NCBI GenBank assembly: GCA_044326465.1 | Contig: JBIRBD010000003.1 | Span: 1 to 37,413, forward strand | Direction: 5' to 3' | DNA from: Chthoniobacterales bacterium | GTDB taxonomy: Bacteria > Verrucomicrobiota > Verrucomicrobiia > Chthoniobacterales > UBA6821 | DNA: 37,413 nt | Part shown: piece after piece, positions 19,411 through 28,129 of the stretch | Layout: every line of letters begins with the position of its first letter | Numbering within the stretch: position 1 is the first letter of the stretch | The notes under the pieces: model-generated | Seen by the model: the letters and a program-made list of their open reading frames with translations, nothing else | Told to the model about the DNA's origin: nothing | The model's database searches: none | Program-made: the position numbers and the translations under genes

Positions 19411-20406
19411 TTAATTCGTGGAAGAAATTTCTGCTGCGATGGTCTTTATGACAGCTGCAGGCTCCGAGAGTGGTGCTAGTGTGCTAGCAGCTTCAACTTC
19501 GGTGATAGAAAAACGATGAACTAAAGGATGTAAGATGCTGATTGTCTCTTTTGTGAGTCGCTCTGATCCTCGTGGTGTAAGCAAAGCAACAGGGAGAGTC
19601 AGAGAAGAAGGTTGTAGATGCAAGAGGCGCCAGAATTTTGGAGAGCTTTGTGCCAAGAAGGCGTGTTTTGCGCCACACTGTTGTGCCGTTGAAACAAAGA
19701 CAGAGAGAGCTTCTTCAAACAATGGCTCGTTAGCAGAGAAGCCAGAACGGAGTAAATAGCTTTTAATAAAAGCAGGAGTGCTCCATTGGTGGTCGTAAAC
19801 GACTCGAGCTAGTTGAGGAAACCATGTGAGGCGATGATAGGCACTCAAGGAGATATATTTATTAAAAGCAAGTAATGGCATCCAGAGCAGAAGACGTGCA
19901 ACTTTGTTAGGGTGACGCGCTGCTAGTAATAATGCAATGTTGGCGTTAAGGCCTGAGGCAATAATGGTTGCAGGTTTCTCCGTGGTGGCTTCAAGAAATT
20001 CCGCTAACGAGCGAACCTGATCTTCTACAGAAATGGCAATCCTTGGGCGTTGTGACTCACCGAAGCCAATGAGATCCGGAACTAAGACGTGATGGCTCGT
20101 GGCAAAATAAGGGTAAACTTTAGACCATTCGAATGACGAGGCTCCTGGAAAAACCCCATGCAAAAAAAGCAAAGGATCTCCACTGCCCGACGTATGATAG
20201 ACAATTTCTCCGGGTGTTGTATCAATGACGCGCGTTGCAAAAACTGCTGGTGAGATGGCATCTGGAATATGGCCAGAGAGACGATTTTTCCAACCAAAGC
20301 GTAACGCTAATGCAAGTGCTCCTAAAAGTCCTATGCCCAATCCGGCGCCAACGCTTACACCAATATGGCATTTTTGTTTGCCCTCTAAACGGGATTCTTG
20401 GCTCAT
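19411..20406 (-). CDS. Alpha/beta-hydrolase fold protein with N-terminal membrane anchor
   Basis: GSGDPLLFLHG, SSFEW, PDLIGFGES.RP; elbow reads IIASGLNA. Confidence 0.85.
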   Translation of the reverse strand: MSQESRLEGKQKCHIGVSVGAGLGIGLLGALALALRFGWKNRLSGHIPDAISPAVFATRVIDTTPGEIVYHTSGSGDPLLFLHGVFPGASSFEWSKVYPYFATSHHVLVPDLIGFGESQRPRIAISVEDQVRSLAEFLEATTEKPATIIASGLNANIALLLAARHPNKVARLLLWMPLLAFNKYISLSAYHRLTWFPQLARVVYDHQWSTPAFIKSYLLRSGFSANEPLFEEALSVFVSTAQQCGAKHAFLAQSSPKFWRLLHLQPSSLTLPVALLTPRGSERLTKETISILHPLVHRFSITEVEAASTLAPLSEPAAVIKTIAAEISSTN

Positions 20407-20560
20407 GGATTAGGAGATGGGAGATTTTTTACAAAATCGATTTTTAAAACGATCGTTGTTTTATTTATCAGAAATTTTTAAAAATCCGCCGTGCTGATGA
20501 GATGTTAAAATTTTCAGAATATTTTTATTCGTAAAACTTCTATCTCCCAGCTTCTACCTG

Positions 20561-21682
20561 CTAAGCTAACGGCTTCGCTGTTAGCTGGACTTCACCGCGA
20601 CCCTCCACAATTTTTCCGATGATTTTTCCACGAGTGAGCTTAGAGATTTCTTTTGCTTGTTTTTCAGAAACAACAAAGACCATCCCAATGCCCATATTAA
20701 AAACGCGATACATTTCCAATGGATCAATCGAACCCCCTTCTTGGATGAGTTTAAAAATGGGTGGAATTTTCCATGAGCCAACATCGATGAAGGCATCGCA
20801 GGTGGCAGGTAAAATACGCGGTAGATTATCAATTAATCCACCACCAGTAATATGCGCAGCTGCATGCAAGGCGGTTGGGCTGAAAGCATTGATTTTCTCA
20901 AACTCTACAAGATAGCTGCGATGAACTTTTAAAAGTTCTTTTTCGAGCGTGATGCCAAGAGGGGTTGGTTTGCTTGCAAGGGTGAGTTTCATTGTTGTAA
21001 AAAGCACTTGGCGAGCGAGTGAATATCCATTGGTGTGAAGTCCATTCGAGGGAAGCCCGATCAAGAGATCCCCAATTTTAACACGGCTTCCATCCAGGAG
21101 CTGCTTACGATCAGCGACGCCTACAATTGTACCAGCGAGGTCATATTCACCCTCTTTATAAAGACCAGGCATCTGTGCTGTCTCTCCACCGACCAAGGCG
21201 CACCCACCGGCTTTGCAAGCCTTCGATAGTCCACCTATAATTCCGCGCAAGACCGTGGGATCTAGCTTTGCAGCTGCAAGGTAGTCGAGGAAAAAAAGAG
21301 GACGGGCTCCTGTGACCGCAATATCATTGATGCAGTGATTGACTAAATCTTGACCAATCGTGTTATGAAGATTGGCTTCAAAAGCAATGTTGAGCTTAGT
21401 TCCGACCCCATCAGTGCTCGAAACAAGGACCGGGTTTTTTATGCCTCGTTTTTTAAAATCAGGTTGAAAAAGTCCACCAAAACCACCAATGCCACCGAGT
21501 ACTTCAGGGCCATGCGTTGGTTTAACAATCTTTCCAATGCCTGATTTCAAGCTGTTTCCTAAAGCAACATCGACGCCAGCTTTGGTATAGGCGCTCGATT
21601 TTTTTGCGAGCTGCTGTACGGCGGAAAGCTGGCGCTGTTGAACAACGGCGTGACGGGCGTCGGGTAAAGAGTGGCGAGTCAT
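20561..21682 (-). CDS. purM: Phosphoribosylformylglycinamidine cyclo-ligase (AIR synthase)
   Basis: AYTKAGVD, GGFGGLF, DGVGTK, GGETAQMPG, GLHTNGYSL, HITGGG, FNMGIG. Start may be a little downstream of 21682. Confidence 0.97.
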   Translation of the reverse strand: MTRHSLPDARHAVVQQRQLSAVQQLAKKSSAYTKAGVDVALGNSLKSGIGKIVKPTHGPEVLGGIGGFGGLFQPDFKKRGIKNPVLVSSTDGVGTKLNIAFEANLHNTIGQDLVNHCINDIAVTGARPLFFLDYLAAAKLDPTVLRGIIGGLSKACKAGGCALVGGETAQMPGLYKEGEYDLAGTIVGVADRKQLLDGSRVKIGDLLIGLPSNGLHTNGYSLARQVLFTTMKLTLASKPTPLGITLEKELLKVHRSYLVEFEKINAFSPTALHAAAHITGGGLIDNLPRILPATCDAFIDVGSWKIPPIFKLIQEGGSIDPLEMYRVFNMGIGMVFVVSEKQAKEISKLTRGKIIGKIVEGRGEVQLTAKPLA

Positions 21683-21808
21683 GAGATATAAATTTTAGAG
21701 CTTATCTTACAAAAAGTACGGGTTTTTTATGTTTTTTAAGAGCAATTGTAATTCAGGAGGTGAGCAACATAATAAGTAGAAACGGTGGACGATAATAAAA
21801 TACCCGCC

Positions 21809-21853
21809 ACTCGTTACTCGTTACTCGTTACTCGTTACTCGTTACTCGTTACT
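21809..21853. repeat. Perfect heptamer array (ACTCGTT)6 overlapping the purF stop
   Basis: Six exact copies at 21809-21850; purF TAA (21835-21837) lies inside. Confidence 0.97.
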
Positions 21854-23334
21854 TTTTTGGCGTTGCTTGGCAACGTTCCAAAAAGCCTTGGTTGAATGTT
21901 TTCGTCGGGTAAAAAATGAGCTGTCTCGCGGCGACGTTCCATGATGAGCTTGTCAAAAGCCGCATCAAAAGGGAGTGGGTAGTCGCCGGTAAAACATGCT
22001 AGACAAAAACTTTCTTTAGCAAGTCCTGTTGAACGAACCATGCCATCGACATCAAGATAGCCAATGCTATCGGCGCCGAGATAATTGCAAATTTCAGCTT
22101 GAGTGTATTGATTTGCGATGAGTTTTTTGGGATCTGGAAAATCAATGCCATAATAGCAAGCATGACGGTGGGGGGGGCAGCTGATCCGAAGATGCACTTC
22201 TTTAGCCCCTGCTTCGCGCAGGCTGATGACACGCATCTTAGCGGTCGTGCCACGCACAATGGAATCATCCACCACCACGACGCGCTTGCCTTTAACAGAA
22301 TCTTTAATGAGGTTGAGTTTGACGCGGACATTAAAATCGCGAATCAACTGTGTTGGCTGAATAAATGTCCGACCGATGTAATGATTGCGAACAAAAACAG
22401 GATCGTAGGGAATATTAAGTTCTTCGGCAAAACCAAGGGCAGCGTAGATTCCTGAGTCCGGAATAGGAATGACAATATCAGCCTCAACGGGATGGAGTCT
22501 TGCTAATTCTTGTCCCATACGCACACGTGCCTGACTAACATTCACGTTGCGCAGATCGCTGTCAGGACGAGCAAAATAGACATACTCAAAAATACAAAAT
22601 GATTCTTTGCTACAGGCAAAAGGAAATTCTGAACGTATTCCTGAATCGTTGATAATAACAACCTCGCCAGGTTCTACATCGCGGATGAACTCTGCTCCGA
22701 TTAAATCAAACGCACAAGTCTCTGATGCAAGAACCCAGGCCTCACCTAGCTTTCCCAGTGATAATGGGCGAAAACCATGAGGGTCACGTAATCCAAGAAT
22801 TTCATTCTCTCCCATGATGACGACAGAGAAAGCTCCTTCTAGGTGACGTAGCGCAGCAATGGGACCTGTGCCACCCATCGAGCCATCAGGTTGAGCAAGG
22901 AGGTGGAGAATGATTTCGCTATCGGTGGTGGTTTGAAAAATCGAGCCTTTCATTTCCAGCTCGTTACGCAGACGTGAGGCATTAACGAGATTGCCATTGT
23001 GAGCGATGGCAAGGTGGCCGCGGTTTGTATCAGCGCTCAGTGGTTGAGCGTTAAGAAGATTACTTGAGCCCGTTGTGGAATAGCGGACATGACCGATTGC
23101 GCGGGAGCCATGAAGTTGCTCGAGTTTATCTGTTTTAAAAACTTGAGAGACCAATCCCATTCCTTTGACCACATTAAAGGCGGCCTTGCCCTCAGTATGC
23201 GATACAATGCCTGCGCTTTCTTGACCACGATGCTGAAGTGCAAAGAGTCCGTAGTAAGTTAGCAATGCCGCATCAGCATGGCCATAGACGGCAAAGACGC
23301 CGCACTCGTGAGAAGGAAGATAGGATGAAATCAA
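21835..23334 (-). CDS. purF: Amidophosphoribosyltransferase
   Basis: HECGVF (Ntn Cys after short propeptide), LQHRGQESAG, GHVRYST, HNGNL, VDDSIVRGTT, Fe-S Cys (CLAC). Likely start TTG 23334. Confidence 0.97.
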   Translation of the reverse strand: MISSYLPSHECGVFAVYGHADAALLTYYGLFALQHRGQESAGIVSHTEGKAAFNVVKGMGLVSQVFKTDKLEQLHGSRAIGHVRYSTTGSSNLLNAQPLSADTNRGHLAIAHNGNLVNASRLRNELEMKGSIFQTTTDSEIILHLLAQPDGSMGGTGPIAALRHLEGAFSVVIMGENEILGLRDPHGFRPLSLGKLGEAWVLASETCAFDLIGAEFIRDVEPGEVVIINDSGIRSEFPFACSKESFCIFEYVYFARPDSDLRNVNVSQARVRMGQELARLHPVEADIVIPIPDSGIYAALGFAEELNIPYDPVFVRNHYIGRTFIQPTQLIRDFNVRVKLNLIKDSVKGKRVVVVDDSIVRGTTAKMRVISLREAGAKEVHLRISCPPHRHACYYGIDFPDPKKLIANQYTQAEICNYLGADSIGYLDVDGMVRSTGLAKESFCLACFTGDYPLPFDAAFDKLIMERRRETAHFLPDENIQPRLFGTLPSNAKKVTSNE

Positions 23335-23460
23335 GCGATTGGAATGGTGAGGGTGAAGGATAAATCTAAAGCATGAACTTCCCATTTTCAATTCTTCATT
23401 TCCTAAAAAAGAATTCACTTTTTCAAGGAGTATGCGATATTCCTCTAAATCTAAAAACCT

Positions 23461-24567
23461 ATGAAAAAAATCACAAAAAAAATCGCATCCATCACCACGT
23501 TATTGCTTTTTTGCATAACGCCTCTTCTTGCTCAGTCTGTTTCAAAAGAAGGTAATGCTACTACAGAACCTTCTGCTGGTAAAAAAGTGGATCAGTCTAT
23601 TCTTCCTCAGAGCGATAACACAAGTTATGAAAATAGTGTCTGGGTCGAAGATTGGACGGTAAATTTAGATGACGATTACTATATTCAAAATCTTCCGCGA
23701 GGTGTTAATAACATTAATGTTTTTGTTGGGCAGCTTGCGCTGGTTAATGGTGTTCCTTCCATTAATGGTTATAGCCTTGATACGCCTGGTCTTCCTCCAG
23801 GAACTGGAGCATTTCCTAACGTTGCCGCTCTGACTGATTTTGTACAAGGATGTAAGGCAGCAGGTATAACTGTAAAATTATCGATCGGAGGTCAACCTGG
23901 AACGACCTTTGGTAATTCATGGAATGTTCTTACAGCTGATAATGTGACAGGTTTTGCTCAGGCTATGGTCAACCTTTGCCGTACCACCGGGGCAGATGGT
24001 GCTGATTTTGACGAAGAGTTAGAAGATACCAACGTCGCTGCTTTGGCTGGTCAAATGGCAGGAAAATTCAAAGATATCGCCCCTGATTTAGCAACAAGCT
24101 ACTGCGTCTATGGTGGCTGTGATGCTAGTGGTCCTTGGCATGCAACCAATACTATCTTTTTGCAATATGCTGTTACCGCCAATAACTGGTGCGCAATTGA
24201 TCGTGTTGCTGTGATGACCTATTATGATGGCTGCCCCTTGGCTCAGAATGAAGGGTTCATGACTTCTTGGAACACATGGCTTAAGCAGCAACACGGATTC
24301 ACCCCGATTCGCATTAGCTCTGGCGTTGATCCCAATGATCCAACGACTTCTCCAAGCAATGGCAGTCTTACGACGTGGATTCAATTTGCAGCGGCTAATG
24401 GCTTTAGTACGGCGATCTGGGACCAACTTGGTGTTGATGATTACGTGAAGAATGACTGGGGAACGGTTATTAACAATATCTATTCTGGAAGTTACTGGAA
24501 AAGAGTCAGTTACTATTTCTATTACGAAGTCAGGCCATTTATTCAGAATATCTATTCTGCAATTTAA
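23461..24567 (+). CDS. Secreted glycoside hydrolase family 18 (chitinase-like)
   Basis: Signal peptide ending LLA-Q, VKLSIGG, DGADFDEE (DxxDxDxE), VMTY, AIW. Confidence 0.85.
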   Translation: MKKITKKIASITTLLLFCITPLLAQSVSKEGNATTEPSAGKKVDQSILPQSDNTSYENSVWVEDWTVNLDDDYYIQNLPRGVNNINVFVGQLALVNGVPSINGYSLDTPGLPPGTGAFPNVAALTDFVQGCKAAGITVKLSIGGQPGTTFGNSWNVLTADNVTGFAQAMVNLCRTTGADGADFDEELEDTNVAALAGQMAGKFKDIAPDLATSYCVYGGCDASGPWHATNTIFLQYAVTANNWCAIDRVAVMTYYDGCPLAQNEGFMTSWNTWLKQQHGFTPIRISSGVDPNDPTTSPSNGSLTTWIQFAAANGFSTAIWDQLGVDDYVKNDWGTVINNIYSGSYWKRVSYYFYYEVRPFIQNIYSAI

Positions 24568-25607
24568 AGAAATCTTCCCTCTGCAAGTTTAAAAACCGTC
24601 GATTGCTCGGGAAGTCTGATATTCTCGAGCTCCGTTGTCGTTAATAATGCTTGTGCATTAGCCGGTAAGCCTGCCAATAGGGCTTGCCGTCGCTGGTGGT
24701 CGAGTTCGCCAAAAACATCGTCAAGCAACAATAATGGTGGTCTCGGTCCGGCAGCGTCAAGCAGGCTAGCTAGCGCGAGTTTGAGTGCAAGTGCCATTGT
24801 GCGACATTGTCCTTCCGAAGCAAAGGCAGATGCAGAAATCTCGTTGAGCATAATCAGAAGATCGTCGCGCTGTGGCCCCACTTGAGTCATCCTTAATCGC
24901 GACTCTTCTTGTCGTGAGGCTGCTAAGGCCTCAGCCATTGGCAATGTGGCTCCTGGCTGATAAGAGAGGATCATTATTTCTCCTGAAATGCTCTTGCAAG
25001 CAGCTTCCGCTCGAGGAGCAAGATCTTTGCAAAGTTGCGACCGTGCAGCAATGAGCTTATCGCCACTTTCCACGAGCGGTTGATTGTAGGCTTCAATTTC
25101 TCGACGCGAGCGGCCTTCGCGTAGGAGCACGTTGCGCGCGCGCAGGGCACGTTCATAAAATCGCAATGCACGGCCATAATCACTTCCTAATTGCAATCCA
25201 GCGCTATCAAGAAAACGTCGCCGACGTTCTGCTGCACCGCGGATCATTTCAAGATCATTGCTCCCAAACCAAACGATGCGGCCTGTTGAGAGATAGTCGG
25301 AAGTCTCTTTTTGTTCAACACCATCGATGATAAGACGCCGTCGTGGTATATCATGTGGCGTTGCGCGTAAAGCGAGATGTCGCTCAGCATAATTTCCTTC
25401 TAACGCAAAAGCATTTTTCCCAAATTGAGCAACATCGCCCAAACTATTGGTGCGCGGAGATTTTAGTCGCAGTAAAATACAGGCTGCCTCGAGGAGGGAG
25501 GTTTTTCCTTGTGCATTGGGTCCTGTGATAAAATTAAGACCTTCGTGCGGTTCCCATGTTAACGATGAGAAGCAACGAAATGTCCGTAACTCAAGCCTCG
25601 TTAGCAT
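24564..25607 (-). CDS. recF: DNA replication/repair protein RecF
   Basis: GPNAQGKTSLLEA, RRRFLD, GPQRDD, ASEGQ.R, LLLLDDVFGELD. Confidence 0.95.
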   Translation of the reverse strand: MLTRLELRTFRCFSSLTWEPHEGLNFITGPNAQGKTSLLEAACILLRLKSPRTNSLGDVAQFGKNAFALEGNYAERHLALRATPHDIPRRRLIIDGVEQKETSDYLSTGRIVWFGSNDLEMIRGAAERRRRFLDSAGLQLGSDYGRALRFYERALRARNVLLREGRSRREIEAYNQPLVESGDKLIAARSQLCKDLAPRAEAACKSISGEIMILSYQPGATLPMAEALAASRQEESRLRMTQVGPQRDDLLIMLNEISASAFASEGQCRTMALALKLALASLLDAAGPRPPLLLLDDVFGELDHQRRQALLAGLPANAQALLTTTELENIRLPEQSTVFKLAEGRFL

Positions 25608-25635
25608 TAAACCTAAAAAAGTGAATAACGAAATT

Positions 25636-26286
25636 TTATTTTCTGGCGGCTTCTTTTTTTACAAGAAACTCACGACCCTTACCCACATTGATATTGATGG
25701 GAATATGATCTCTGCACAAAGGGCAATTGCCTTCCTCCCAGGCATCGAGCTTCATAGTTAGAAGAGAAAAAAGTTTTGGGACATCACCGAGATCTTCAAG
25801 AGACACATTTCCCCGGTTGCAAAGTGCTCCGACGCCTATAACATGCGCATTCAAAGCGCGTGTAATGGCAGCAACTTTTTTTACGGAGCCTCCGGTCGTT
25901 AAAATATCTTCTAAAATAAGAATATTCTTTCCAGTGACGAATTTGTCGTAGCCTCTCTTGATCACAAAATCATTATCTAATTTTTCAGCATAGACGCTTA
26001 AAATTTCACGGCCGGTAATCTCAGAAAGATGATGTGCTGTCCATTGAGAAAGAATGATACCCCCAAGCGCAGGCGCTAAAACAACATCGATGGGATCACT
26101 AGCAAAATGTTCCGCGATCACGCGACAAAGTGCTGATGTTTCTTTGGTGTGCGGATAGAGAGCATCTTTATTAATGTACATCGAGCCATGGTTCCCTGAT
26201 GTATAGACAATATGACTTTCAGTGATAATTGCTCCGACGGAACGAAGCCTTGAGAGAATTTCTTGTTCGTTCATAATTTTTTCCAT
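25636..26286 (-). CDS. pyrE: Orotate phosphoribosyltransferase
   Basis: HIVYTSG.HG, PRPP motif ILEDILTTGGS, adjacent to pyrF. Confidence 0.9.
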   Translation of the reverse strand: MEKIMNEQEILSRLRSVGAIITESHIVYTSGNHGSMYINKDALYPHTKETSALCRVIAEHFASDPIDVVLAPALGGIILSQWTAHHLSEITGREILSVYAEKLDNDFVIKRGYDKFVTGKNILILEDILTTGGSVKKVAAITRALNAHVIGVGALCNRGNVSLEDLGDVPKLFSLLTMKLDAWEEGNCPLCRDHIPININVGKGREFLVKKEAARK

Positions 26287-27134
26287 TATCGATAGCGATT
26301 GATTTCGTGATGCAGTTTTTCGGTGGCACGTCGTGCAGCTTCGGCAAAGTCAGATTCTTGAGAGGCGAAAATAATACCACGTGACGAGTTGATGATCATT
26401 CCATCCCCTCGGGAATTTTTTGCAGCAGTGACCGTTGCTTCTACGGAGCCGCCTTGAGCGCCGACGCCCGGGATAAGAAAGGGCATGTCATCGACGAGGT
26501 TGCGAAGGTCAGCAAGTTCTTTTGGATAGGTTGCGCCAACCACAAGCGAGCAGTTTTTATTTTTATTCCACTTGGTCGCTATACGGCGTGCGATTAAGCG
26601 ATAGAGCGGTTCTCCGTCGATTAATAAATTTTGCAATTCACTGGAGCCTGGGTTTGATGTGCGGCAAAGGATGATGATTCCTTTTTCTTCGCGTGCAAGA
26701 AAGGGTGCGAGTGCTTCGCTTCCAAGGTAAGGATGTAACGTGATGGCGTCGGCTTGTAAAAAATCAAAAGCTGCCTTTTCGTAGCCAATATTGGTGTTAC
26801 CAATATCAGCCCGCTTGGCATCAAGGATGACTGGGATATTTGGCGCGATTTTATGAATATCTAAAATTGTTTCTCGTAATGCCGTCAGGCCAATACCTCC
26901 GTGAGCTTCATAAAATGCGGAGTTCGGTTTGTAGGCACAAACAAGATCTTTTGTTGCCTCAATGATGGAGTGATTAAAACCGACGATAGTTTTTACAATA
27001 TCAATTTCTCCTTGCACGTTACGTACGTGCGCACACGTGGGGATTTTTTCAAGCTCACTATCGAGGCCAACGCAAGCAAAGTTGCCGCGCGACCATTGTA
27101 TTTCGAGGAGTTTTCTAAAATGACGCGAATACAT
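26286..27134 (-). CDS. pyrF: Orotidine-5'-phosphate decarboxylase (subfamily 2)
   Basis: CVGLD, YKPNSAFYE, ILDAKRADIGNT, TSNPGS, VVGATYP, LIPGVGAQGG, NSSRGII. Confidence 0.96.
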   Translation of the reverse strand: MYSRHFRKLLEIQWSRGNFACVGLDSELEKIPTCAHVRNVQGEIDIVKTIVGFNHSIIEATKDLVCAYKPNSAFYEAHGGIGLTALRETILDIHKIAPNIPVILDAKRADIGNTNIGYEKAAFDFLQADAITLHPYLGSEALAPFLAREEKGIIILCRTSNPGSSELQNLLIDGEPLYRLIARRIATKWNKNKNCSLVVGATYPKELADLRNLVDDMPFLIPGVGAQGGSVEATVTAAKNSRGDGMIINSSRGIIFASQESDFAEAARRATEKLHHEINRYR

Positions 27135-27183
27135 TATAGGAGATAGAAGATAGAAGATGGGAGATGGGAGATATCTCCAAAAA

Positions 27184-27564
27184 TGGTGGAGGCGAGGGGA
27201 GTTGAACCCCTGTGTTCGAAACTAAAACTACATCCGTCTACATGTTTATTCACACTTTAATTTAAAAGAAGAACTGCGATGTGAAACGCCACTCTTCTCC
27301 GAGGAGCCACGAAATATTTCACTCCCTGGCGCGGTTCCCCCGCCGTGAAGCAATCCTACTAGTGTCGCTCGCGCACCTAGTAGATATCAGTGCGAGAACG
27401 TCGCAGACTAATTAAGCTGCGAGAGCTGCAGTTTCGCCGAGGCTAACTACATTAAGTGCATTTTTTGCATTTAATTTATTCGACCAGATTTTTTACGAGG
27501 CCAACTGATCATCCTCGACATGCAAGACGCAATATTAACTTCGAATCGAGACCAGTGCGCCCCC
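27184..27564 (-). ncRNA. ssrA: tmRNA
   Basis: 5' GGGGGCGCACTGGTCTCGA; 3' GGGGTTCAACTCCCCTCGCCTCCACCA (Ala acceptor with G.U, T-arm, CCA); internal tag ORF AKNALNVVSLGETAALAA*; 381 nt. Confidence 0.97.
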
Positions 27565-27616
27565 AAGACTGCTTTTTAACTGCTAAGCGCATTTAAAAAG
27601 CAGTCTTAGCACTTAA

Positions 27617-27645
27617 AAGATGCGCGATTTTTTCTTTTTGTGCAA
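27617..27645 (-). promoter_or_regulatory. Candidate sigma70 promoter of ssrA
   Basis: TTGCAC-17 bp-CATCTT about 50 nt upstream of the mature 5' end. Confidence 0.4.
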
Positions 27646-27658
27646 ATAGAAAGAGTTC

Positions 27659-28021
27659 TTATTTAAGAAAAGTAATCGTTAGTGGATAACGATACTCTTC
27701 ACCGTTGCTGCTCTTCATTGCGGCGCGAATTGGCAACAGGAGCCAGGCGAGAAAAACAAAAGGGAAAATAAAAAACCCGATAAAAATAAAACAAAGAATC
27801 CCTGTGACGGCGAGGTAGAGTGTGTAAGAAATTTGAAAATTAAGTACTTCTTTACCAGTGATATCAATGGCTTGATCTTCTTCTCTCTTTAAAAGCCAGA
27901 TGGTTAGTGGCACTAAAATATGAGCCAGTACAATGGGGAGCAGTAAACCACTGAGGCCCGAAAGATGAAGCGCAATGCACCAGGAGCGTGGTGGTCTAGA
28001 TGATGATGAAAACATGTTCAT
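27659..28021 (-). CDS. DUF4870-type small membrane protein
   Basis: LHLS, PL.IWLLK, GKEVLNFQIS, G..YRYP. Confidence 0.88.
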   Translation of the reverse strand: MNMFSSSSRPPRSWCIALHLSGLSGLLLPIVLAHILVPLTIWLLKREEDQAIDITGKEVLNFQISYTLYLAVTGILCFIFIGFFIFPFVFLAWLLLPIRAAMKSSNGEEYRYPLTITFLK

Positions 28022-28129
28022 GTTTCAACAGATTGCAGCAAGGAAGTCACGATTTTTTTTGCCAAAGGTTTTGCAAGCTGGCTGCTAGCTGCTATGGTCT
28101 TCGATTACACATCAACAAAATTTATTTTC

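Noticed and set aside
21809-21853. CRISPR array or contingency locus
   Set aside because: There are no spacers or cas genes, and copy-number change would not frameshift the PurF catalytic region.
23335-23418. 28-aa N-terminal extension of PurF
   Set aside because: It runs through low-complexity repeat-like DNA (NEELKM); TTG 23334 gives a normal short propeptide.
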